Of a stretch of DNA of 64,000 bases, positions 56,685 to 64,000 are shown one piece after another. Each line of letters starts with the position of its first letter. Position 1 is the stretch's first letter. The notes below the pieces were generated by a model. It was not told the origin of the DNA. It made no database searches and saw only the letters and a program-made list of their open reading frames with translations. Both the position numbers and the translations under genes were made by a program. The stretch covers positions 62,001 to 126,000 of the IMG/VR virus record IMGVR_UViG_3300044997_001199; one strand, written 5' to 3'.

Positions 56685-58055
56685 ATGCCATATATCATAA
56701 ACAACAGTCGTGGAGACGTTATCGCAGTTGTGGCCGATGGCACGGTAAACACCAGTGCTACTCCACTGACCTTAGTAGGCAGAGCTGTGACCAGTTACGG
56801 CGAAGCTGAAAACGAAAACTACGTGTTCATCCTAGAAAATTTTGCCAACTCGGCAGCTCCTCTGCGTGCAGTGCTAGGACAACTTTGGTACAACAGCGCC
56901 ACCGACATACTGTCAGTTTACAATTTGGCCAATGCATGGGCAGCATTGGCCACAGAGATATACGTACAGGAACAGAAAATATCACCTATATTCACCGGAG
57001 TTCCCGAAGCCCCCACTCCGCCCTCGGGGGACAACTCTGCTCGTATTGCCACCACTGCGTTTGTGCAAGGTGAAAAATTCAGTCCAACCTTTACCGGAGT
57101 GCCAAGAGCACCCACTCCGCCATCCGATACCAACAGCACACAGATTGCTACCACGGCCTTTGTGTATTCAGTGACCGGTACACTGGGAACCATGAGTCAG
57201 CAAAATGCCAATGCAGTGTCTATTACGGGTGGCACTATCGCTGGCATCACTCCGCTGAGAGTGTCCGACGGAGGAACCGGTGCATCCACGGCCCCGGCAG
57301 CGCGAGTCAATCTCGGTGTAGGTACCCTGGGTACTCAAAATGCCAATGCTGTTGCTATCACCGGTGGTACCATTGTCGACATACAAGATCTTGCAGTTGC
57401 CGACGGAGGAACCGGTGCATCCACGGCCCCGGCAGCGCGAGTCAATCTCGGTGTAGGTACCCTGGGTACTCAAAATGCCAATGCTGTTGCTATCACCGGT
57501 GGTAGTATCACCGGCATCGCAGCGATTCCGATTGAGTCTGGTGGAACTTCGGCCACTTCGGCTATCGCAGCTCGTAACAATCTGGGACTGGGTTCTATTG
57601 CTGTGCAAGACAGTGATTCAGTTGCGATCACCGGAGGTAGTATTACTGGCATCGTGCCTTTGCCATTGACTGCAGGAGGCACCGGAGCTTCAACTGCCTC
57701 TCAGGCACGCATCAATCTTGGACTGGGCACCGGAGCCACTGTGAATACCGGTACCATGGCCTTGCAAAATGCCGACGCTGTGGCCATAGTAGGCGGCACC
57801 ATTTCGGGCATCACTCCACTGCCGGTAGCATCAGGCGGTACAGGATCGGCGACCGCAGGCGGTGCATTGAACAATCTAGGTGCTGTTCCAACATCTCGTA
57901 CTGTGACTGGATCCGGTGGACTCGCAGGTGGCGGCGCGCTGACCTCTAACTTGCAATTGACCATCGCCACCGATTCCAATGGGTTCGGGCGCCGCTATGT
58001 ATCAACTTCGACGCCCACCGGCGGAGTCGACGGAGATATCTGGTATCAAATCTAA
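56685..58055 (+). CDS. Tail fibre-like protein
   Basis: YGE..NEN...LENFA, GQLWY, IATTAFV, GGTGA...AR.NLG repeats and C-terminal GDIWYQ; late promoter at 56662. Confidence 0.8.
   Translation: MPYIINNSRGDVIAVVADGTVNTSATPLTLVGRAVTSYGEAENENYVFILENFANSAAPLRAVLGQLWYNSATDILSVYNLANAWAALATEIYVQEQKISPIFTGVPEAPTPPSGDNSARIATTAFVQGEKFSPTFTGVPRAPTPPSDTNSTQIATTAFVYSVTGTLGTMSQQNANAVSITGGTIAGITPLRVSDGGTGASTAPAARVNLGVGTLGTQNANAVAITGGTIVDIQDLAVADGGTGASTAPAARVNLGVGTLGTQNANAVAITGGSITGIAAIPIESGGTSATSAIAARNNLGLGSIAVQDSDSVAITGGSITGIVPLPLTAGGTGASTASQARINLGLGTGATVNTGTMALQNADAVAIVGGTISGITPLPVASGGTGSATAGGALNNLGAVPTSRTVTGSGGLAGGGALTSNLQLTIATDSNGFGRRYVSTSTPTGGVDGDIWYQI
57265..57504. repeat. 105-nt identical direct repeat (57265-57369 and 57400-57504)
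   Basis: Direct comparison; period 135 nt (45 aa). Confidence 0.85.
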
Positions 58056-58058
58056 CAC

Positions 58059-60410
58059 ATGAGAACCATCACACGGCCTGCGGGATATATCGGACAAACT
58101 CAGTATCTCAATACCTTGCCTGTCTCTGTCACAGTGATCGCTCATCTCTGGGGTGGTGGCGGTGGTGGTGGCGGTGGTGGTGGCGGTGGTGGTGGCAATC
58201 GCGACGGTGGGAGCGGCGCCGGGGGCGCCTATAGTCGTGTGACAGTCGAGTTGCAACCACAGGATCTCCTGGGATTGGCAGTTGGTGGTGGCGGTGGAGG
58301 CGGTGCCAGCAGCCTTGATGGACTGGCCTCAGGGGGATCTGCAGGCGGTAGTTTTGTTTTGGCATCAACAAGTTTCAGCGGCGCCAACGGCGGTTACGGA
58401 ACTGCCGGCGGTGGTGGTGGTGGATCAGGCGGTGCCAGTGTGCTGTTTGTCAATGGCACAATCATAGCGACCGCGGCAGGCGGTGCGGGCGGCGGCGGAC
58501 GTGCTGCTGTCAATGGTAACCCATACATAGCTCCAGGTACCACAGGAACCGGTGGTGCTGGAATATATGCCGGGCAAAATGGACAAAACATGCCGGTCGC
58601 AGGTGGCGGTGGTGGCGGTGGCGGTGGGGGTTATCAAGGCGGCAATGGCGGTGCGGCTGCCAGTAACAACGGCGACGGTGGTGCTGGAACCAACGGAGTA
58701 TCATATACCGCCGACGGCGTTGTCGTTGAGAGCTCAGGGCGTGTTCCGGGCAACATCAGACAAAGTTACTACGACGATCGATCGGGATACGGCGGCCAAG
58801 GAGGGTCGCCCGGACAGCCTGGGGGCCGAGGAATCAGCGGATTCATAGTATTGGAATTTTCTTCGTTACCGGGTATCTATGTCAAGTCAGATGGCCAATG
58901 GTATCCTACCAACAAAATTTTCGTGAAGCAGGGAGGTCAATGGAGTTTGGTACAGGATCTATTCGTTCGCGACAATGGAATCTGGCAAGTGACTGCGGCC
59001 ACATCTGGACCGCAGTTACTAACAGATTTTGGCAAATTTGGCGTGGCGCCTCGGCTCTTTGCAGACCCTACGGTTCGATTGACCAGTCTATCATGGAATC
59101 CTGCGTCCACAGTGACCGGGGGAGTATCCACACTGACCTGGCAGACTATTTTTGCTCAATCTGTAGACTATGTAGTGGAATTTTTTCCAGCCCCACCTCC
59201 TCCACCTCCTCCACCTCCTCCACCACCTCCACCTCCTCCACCTCCTCCACCTCCTCCTCCACCGCCACCACCACCGCCGCCGCCCCCACCACCACCGCCA
59301 CCACCACCGCCTCCACCGCCACCACCTCCACCAATAACTGGTAATTTTAACTACCTTGGTGTAGAGGATGGTCCTACTGGTCTGCAATCTACAATTGTAC
59401 TTGGTGTGACCGGTCCAGGCCCCGGGGTCTATGATTACAGTATTATCGGTTCTCCTGCAGTAACATTTGATAATTTTAGCGGAAACCCTCCCATCGGTAC
59501 ATTTAATTGGTTATCTGGGGGTACCGGAGGCAATCAGAGAGCCGTTTGTCGACTGATTACGCCACATGAGGCCACTATATTAACAGCTCGTATCAGTCGT
59601 AGTGGTTATGCTGATTTTACTGAGACTTTGTTTGTGCCCGAACTGATACCACCACCCTCGGGCTCGATATCCTATGTTGTTCCTGGAGTTTATACGTTCA
59701 CGGTTCCCGAACAAACGGCGACTCTAAGAGTCACCTTGTCCGGTGCAGGCGGCGGTGCGGGCGGGCCAGACACTTCAAAGCCAAGCGGAGCCAATGGGCA
59801 GCCGGGACAATTGGTAACTGGTACCATACCAGTTACCCCAGGGCAAAATCTCACTGTCCATGTAGGAGCTGGCGGAGGTTTTGGTATCAGTGGAAAATCT
59901 GCTGTTCCTGGTATTGGTGGATCAGGGTTTGGGACCGGTGGTTCCGGCGGAGCATCAGGCGGTATCGGAGCGTCCGGATCCGGTGGCGGCGGCGGGGGGG
60001 GCAGTGCAGTGTTAGCAGGTGGTGTGGCCTTGGCAATGGCTGGTGGTGGGGGCGGCGGCGGCGGGGCTGGTAAGAATAGTGCTGGCCAGGGAATCCAGGC
60101 CAATATCTATGTGAACGACAAAAACGGCGGCGCAGGTCAGACCAAGGTCGGTGATGGAGGTGGTGGAGGTGGCGGTGGCGGTGGCTCAGCCGGCGGTGTT
60201 GGAGGTGCTGTGCGCAATGGAGACAGCGGTGCATTCTCGGGTGTCACTGGTCAGAGTTTCGCTCCGGGTGGAACAATAAATGCCACTGGAGGGGGCGCAG
60301 GCGGCATCGCAAGTATCCCCAACAACAGCACCGGCAATGGTGCAGCCGGCGCAGTGACCTTGGCCTGGGGACCGGAACAACAACAGTTGTTGTTCCGGTC
60401 CGATGACTAA
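58059..60410 (+). CDS. Glycine-rich tail/receptor-binding protein with 47-Pro linker
   Basis: Two glycine-rich domains flanking a poly-Pro tract at 59193-59333. Confidence 0.8.
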   Translation: MRTITRPAGYIGQTQYLNTLPVSVTVIAHLWGGGGGGGGGGGGGGGNRDGGSGAGGAYSRVTVELQPQDLLGLAVGGGGGGGASSLDGLASGGSAGGSFVLASTSFSGANGGYGTAGGGGGGSGGASVLFVNGTIIATAAGGAGGGGRAAVNGNPYIAPGTTGTGGAGIYAGQNGQNMPVAGGGGGGGGGGYQGGNGGAAASNNGDGGAGTNGVSYTADGVVVESSGRVPGNIRQSYYDDRSGYGGQGGSPGQPGGRGISGFIVLEFSSLPGIYVKSDGQWYPTNKIFVKQGGQWSLVQDLFVRDNGIWQVTAATSGPQLLTDFGKFGVAPRLFADPTVRLTSLSWNPASTVTGGVSTLTWQTIFAQSVDYVVEFFPAPPPPPPPPPPPPPPPPPPPPPPPPPPPPPPPPPPPPPPPPPPPPPPPITGNFNYLGVEDGPTGLQSTIVLGVTGPGPGVYDYSIIGSPAVTFDNFSGNPPIGTFNWLSGGTGGNQRAVCRLITPHEATILTARISRSGYADFTETLFVPELIPPPSGSISYVVPGVYTFTVPEQTATLRVTLSGAGGGAGGPDTSKPSGANGQPGQLVTGTIPVTPGQNLTVHVGAGGGFGISGKSAVPGIGGSGFGTGGSGGASGGIGASGSGGGGGGGSAVLAGGVALAMAGGGGGGGGAGKNSAGQGIQANIYVNDKNGGAGQTKVGDGGGGGGGGGGSAGGVGGAVRNGDSGAFSGVTGQSFAPGGTINATGGGAGGIASIPNNSTGNGAAGAVTLAWGPEQQQLLFRSDD
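60369..60401. repeat. Perfect 15-bp inverted repeat with 3-nt loop
   Basis: GGACCGGAACAACAA-CAG-TTGTTGTTCCGGTCC. Confidence 0.9.
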
Positions 60411-60477
60411 ATTGAATCGCGCAAATATATCAAGTTGTAGTGTCACCCCCGAAACACAGTGTAACTAAATATTTCAT

Positions 60478-61749
60478 ATGTCCTACGCCACAGGAACCAA
60501 TCGTCCTCCCAACAGCAGTGTCAGTCTGGCATTGAATCGGCCTGGCACATACCGCGCAACGGTCACTGCCTACAATGCCGATCGTTCGCAGTCCGTCCAG
60601 GCCACAGCAACAATCATAGTAGCAGATCTACCTCCTCCACCACCTCCTCCACCTCCTCCACCACCACCTCCACCACCGCCACCACCTCCTCCACCACCTC
60701 CTCCACCACCTCCTCCACCTCCACCACCTCCACCACCGCCACCACCTCCCCCACCGCCACCACCGGCTCCTGTAGTGGCTAATTATAGTGGACCAGATTA
60801 CGTATCACAGTTGGACCAAGATCGGTTGTTGCTGATGCCCACTGGTCCGGGTCCCGGTCCTTACACTTACACACTGATCGGCTCACCTGCAGTGGCGTTT
60901 GATACTCAAAGTGGCAACCCTGCTGCAGGCACGCTATTGATTTATCAGACCGCTATGGTCAATCTCATAACACCACATCCCGCGACCACAATAACAGCCA
61001 CAGTAAGTCTTCCAGGCAGCGACGATTTCGTGCAATCAATTGCAGTGCCGGCACGTGACGCACCTTCCGGCACAGTAGAATTTACTCGATCTGACACCAG
61101 TGGTACCTGGACGATTCCGCCTGGCGTAACATCGCTACGGATCACTGTGGTCGGTGGTGGTGGTGGTGGTGCTCCCGGTAGCGAAAAAGACCCATACTGG
61201 TCCGGCGGTGGCGGCGGTGGTGGTGGTGGCATATTGCAAACTACATTGAATGTAATGCCCGGAAACGAAATCCGGTATCAGGTCGGTGCAGGAGGACCAG
61301 GAACCGGACCAGTGGGTTCATCACCAATATACCCGGGCTACTCGGGTACACAATCTTATGTTGAATATCTTTCTACCTATTACCGCGCAGACGGCGGCCA
61401 GGGCGGCGGAACATCCGGTGGTATTTCCCGCCAACATTGGAATACTGGTGGAGCCGGTGGATCCCCGGGCGGAACTGCCGGAAATCCTGGACAATCGCAG
61501 CGCGGAGAAAATGCCAACCGCAATCTCATGCCCGGTGGCAGCGGTGGTAGTGCCAGCCCCTATGGATTTGGTGGCAACGGTGCAACCGGCGTACCGCAAG
61601 GTGGCACTCCAACTGACACCAATACAAATGGTCAACCCGGTACCGGATACGGCAGCGGTGGTGGTGGTGGAGCCGGTGGTAAAAACAATGCACCGCAGGG
61701 TCAGGGCGCAGCCGGATCAGGAGGTTATATCAAGATCGAGTGGGGTTAG
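60478..61749 (+). CDS. Glycine-rich tail protein paralog with 45-Pro linker
   Basis: Poly-Pro tract at 60631-60765; the following domain is clearly similar to that in 58059..60410; TAAATA at 60466. Confidence 0.78.
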   Translation: MSYATGTNRPPNSSVSLALNRPGTYRATVTAYNADRSQSVQATATIIVADLPPPPPPPPPPPPPPPPPPPPPPPPPPPPPPPPPPPPPPPPPPPPPAPVVANYSGPDYVSQLDQDRLLLMPTGPGPGPYTYTLIGSPAVAFDTQSGNPAAGTLLIYQTAMVNLITPHPATTITATVSLPGSDDFVQSIAVPARDAPSGTVEFTRSDTSGTWTIPPGVTSLRITVVGGGGGGAPGSEKDPYWSGGGGGGGGGILQTTLNVMPGNEIRYQVGAGGPGTGPVGSSPIYPGYSGTQSYVEYLSTYYRADGGQGGGTSGGISRQHWNTGGAGGSPGGTAGNPGQSQRGENANRNLMPGGSGGSASPYGFGGNGATGVPQGGTPTDTNTNGQPGTGYGSGGGGGAGGKNNAPQGQGAAGSGGYIKIEWG

Positions 61750-62066
61750 ATCCCAAAACTCGAACCACAGCCACAGGTCGTGATGGCCTGAGGATTGTTG
61801 ATCACAAAACTGGTGCCCATGGCGTCCTCGCGATAGTCAATCTCAGCACCATGCAAATACTGCATGCTCATGGCATCTACCAGCACTTTGACCGCGCCGT
61901 GATCAAAATCAAAGTCGTCTTCGTTGCGCGTGTCTTCAAATGCAAAGCCGTACTGGAAACCCGAACAACCACCACCCTGCACAAACACTCTCAGCATGAG
62001 ATCAGTGTTGTTTTCTTGGTGTAACAATTCAGTTAACTTGTTGATGCAGTTTTCGGACAGGGTCAT
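61746..62066 (-). CDS. erpA: A-type Fe-S carrier (ErpA/IscA/HesB)
   Basis: GGGCSGFQY and NP.A...CGCGSSF. Confidence 0.9.
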   Translation of the reverse strand: MTLSENCINKLTELLHQENNTDLMLRVFVQGGGCSGFQYGFAFEDTRNEDDFDFDHGAVKVLVDAMSMQYLHGAEIDYREDAMGTSFVINNPQAITTCGCGSSFGI

Positions 62067-62197
62067 ATTTCCTTTCTTGGCCAGGCACAGGCCTTGTCAT
62101 TTTTAATCAGTTTTGATACTACTAAATGGTAACCGGTTGCAGATTGCTAAGTTTTTTGGTTGTTCTCAAGGCAGTATACTTCCACAAATATTTATAT

Positions 62198-62755
62198 CTA
62201 CAACCTTTCGTTGATCACATTCCAATCTATTATTTTCCAAAAACTGTCAATGTACGCTTCTTTGTCCCACTGATATTGCAGTGAATATGCGTGTTCCCAC
62301 ATATCTAAAAGTAGCGCAATGTCGGTGCGCACAGCATGATTGGCAATGGTCTTGATATCGCCTGCAGTGGAAAGGTAAACCCATCCTGATCCTTGTAGCT
62401 TCATGGCAGTTTCCTTCACTGCATCCTGGAATGCTTCATAGGTCTTGAATTTGGATTCAATCAGTTCCAGCGCCGCGCCGCGCGGTCGGTTGCCTGCACG
62501 TGGGGCACGAAACTGTGGAAAAAATCGGTTGTGCAGATAACTGCCTGCACGGTTGAAATCGGCATTGCCTTTACCGGCATTGTATCTTTTTGCATAGCCC
62601 TTGGCCAAGTGATTGTAGTGGTAGTCTATGGTTTCTGCACTCATGACCGGAGCCAAGTCCTTCTCCCCGTAAGGCAGAGGTGTGGTTTCCAATTTGGTTG
62701 GCCGAGTGGTGGCTTCCAGCAAGTCAAGATCATCGCGTATAGTTCGCTGTACCAT
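62198..62755 (-). CDS. Fe/Mn superoxide dismutase
   Basis: LPY...L.P, H...H, HN.FF, GSGW and DMWEHAY. Confidence 0.9.
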   Translation of the reverse strand: MVQRTIRDDLDLLEATTRPTKLETTPLPYGEKDLAPVMSAETIDYHYNHLAKGYAKRYNAGKGNADFNRAGSYLHNRFFPQFRAPRAGNRPRGAALELIESKFKTYEAFQDAVKETAMKLQGSGWVYLSTAGDIKTIANHAVRTDIALLLDMWEHAYSLQYQWDKEAYIDSFWKIIDWNVINERL

Positions 62756-62756
62756 G

Positions 62757-62975
62757 TCAGTTTCTCCGTACAATGCGTCCTCGTGTAAGGTCGTAGGCAG
62801 AAAATTCCATTTCTACTTCGTCTCCTAGCAGTACCTTAATATTGTTCTGTCGCATACGACCACTGAGTGTTGCCAGTGCAATATGCTCGTGACCGTGTAG
62901 TTGTACTCTAAACATCGCACTAGGCAACACATCTATGACCCGTCCAGTGGTTTTTAATACATCTTCTTTACCCAA
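62757..62975 (-). CDS. infA: Translation initiation factor IF-1
   Basis: KED....G.V...LP..MFRV...SGRMR...I....GD.V.....YDLTRGRI; probable TTG start. Confidence 0.92.
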   Translation of the reverse strand: MGKEDVLKTTGRVIDVLPSAMFRVQLHGHEHIALATLSGRMRQNNIKVLLGDEVEMEFSAYDLTRGRIVRRN

Positions 62976-63396
62976 GTGAAAATTCAATCCTCTTTAACCG
63001 ATCCCAACGGAAACTGCGCCATGCATCTTTCTCGCAATCCCATACCACACACACTTCGGGATTGGGAACATGTTCCGTGACAGTATTTACTCGTTTGGCT
63101 CCAAGTATTTCGGAAAGAGTACAAATCATGTGTTTGGCACTGCCATCAGATTTTTCAAATTCAACTGAAACCGCGGTTTCGGTCAACAGTGTGCGCAGCC
63201 AGGTCTTGAAGTCTTCGCGGTCCTGATCCGATGCCCGGCAGTAAAAATTGCCCGGGTCATCGGCCAGTTCTCTCCATGTCTGAGATTGTTCTGAGTTTAT
63301 TGCGATCTCCTTGACCACAAAAAGCAGGCCAACTAGCCAGAAACAGCAGTCGGTCCTACTCATTGAAAAATTCAAAATCCATGCAGTTGATTTCAA
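62968..63396 (-). CDS. WYL_2/SH3-like small phage protein (start uncertain)
   Basis: V.FEK.DG....M.CTL and WD.EK.AWRSFR. Confidence 0.7.
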   Translation of the reverse strand: MKSTAWILNFSMSRTDCCFWLVGLLFVVKEIAINSEQSQTWRELADDPGNFYCRASDQDREDFKTWLRTLLTETAVSVEFEKSDGSAKHMICTLSEILGAKRVNTVTEHVPNPEVCVVWDCEKDAWRSFRWDRLKRIEFSLG

Positions 63397-63494
63397 TACG
63401 ATAGTTTATTTTTGGTCAACTGAATTGTCTTGTTTTCTTTTTATGCCTTCGATAGATTTATAAAATACCTATCATAATATGACCAATATAGATT

Positions 63495-63875
63495 TTATCT
63501 TCTCATTTTTGCAGCATCAATAGCCGATTGTTTGTCAAACACTGGTTGTAAACACGATTTGTGAAGTACAGTTACTCCAATACACTCTGTACCGGTATAC
63601 TGCTTGGCCGGTGATGCTGCAGCAGTGCCGCGACCGGTGTCCACACTAGGAATGCGAGGTCCGTTATCACGACGATAAGGACCTGGGTTGCCCGGCAAGC
63701 GCGTGACTGTGTCGGTGCGGACAGTGTTTGGTCTGATATCATACTTGTCTAGCAGTTGCTGCCAGGCGTCGCGATTCTTCCGTGCCTGTGCAGCAGCATC
63801 TGCAGTGCGGTATCGGCGACCGCCACGTTTTTTTCCAGTGGTAGTGAGCCAGGGGCCAACAAGGTGCATGGTCAT
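63495..63875 (-). CDS. Conserved-type T4-like hypothetical protein
   Basis: C-terminal YTG...IG...LHKS...PV......A.MRR. Confidence 0.7.
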   Translation of the reverse strand: MTMHLVGPWLTTTGKKRGGRRYRTADAAAQARKNRDAWQQLLDKYDIRPNTVRTDTVTRLPGNPGPYRRDNGPRIPSVDTGRGTAAASPAKQYTGTECIGVTVLHKSCLQPVFDKQSAIDAAKMRR

Positions 63876-63902
63876 GTGCTATCTCTCGTGGTTGATTTGA
63901 GT

Positions 63903-63931
63903 ATTATACAAGAACCGGGTACAGCAGTCAA
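63903..63931 (-). promoter_or_regulatory. Sigma70 promoter
   Basis: TTGACT-17 nt-TATAAT with extended TG. Confidence 0.8.
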
Positions 63932-64000
63932 TCACTTGAAGAAAATCATGGCTACTAGAGTCGCTTGCATCACAAAGCCTGCAGCAATGGTGGCGATTTG
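63932..64000 (-). CDS. C-terminus of a membrane protein (partial)
   Basis: QIATIAAGFVMQATLVAMIFFK followed by a stop. Confidence 0.5.
   Translation of the reverse strand, partial: QIATIAAGFVMQATLVAMIFFK

Noticed and set aside
58059-61749. Diversity-generating retroelement (hairpin at the end of a tail gene)
   Set aside because: No reverse transcriptase in the window and no TR/VR pair differing at adenines.
1-64000. Stop-codon recoding
   Set aside because: Conserved genes are full length in the standard code, and TAA, TAG and TGA all end genes.

Overview
This is a 64-kb segment of a large (probably jumbo) tailed dsDNA phage of a Gram-negative host. Evidence: family B DNA polymerase, sliding clamp, RFC/gp44-like clamp loader, T4-like late-promoter motif (TA)TAAATA before many genes, a holin/endolysin/two-spanin lysis cassette, and baseplate and tail-fibre genes. 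Coding is dense, mostly on the minus strand, in the standard code; no tRNA, rRNA or CRISPR array was recognised. Main blocks: (1) 1.4-12.1 kb, a 7-deazaguanine DNA-modification locus (folE, queD, queE, a DpdL-like T-fold protein, a DpdA-like transglycosylase; no queC/queF/arcS in the window) with a GT-B glycosyltransferase, galE, an aminotransferase, a GT-A and a methyltransferase interleaved, suggesting a sugar-decorated deazaguanine; (2) 12.3-17 kb, replication; (3) 17-29 kb, modular, probably protease-processed head-cargo proteins and glycan enzymes; (4) ClpA/DnaJ and lysis genes; (5) 35.8-41.5 kb, an unexplained tailoring-enzyme cluster (ferritin-like diiron protein, C26 amidotransferase/hydrolase, three sulfotransferase-like P-loop proteins, 2OG-Fe dioxygenase, APS-kinase-like protein, methyltransferase, SGNH protein); (6) PhoH, clamp loader, GroES and a stand-alone DnaE fragment; (7) baseplate/tail genes, including two polyproline-linked glycine-rich paralogs; (8) ErpA, SOD, IF-1. 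All family calls come from motif recognition by eye, not database searches. Several starts were moved from the ORF track to overlap- or RBS-supported positions.
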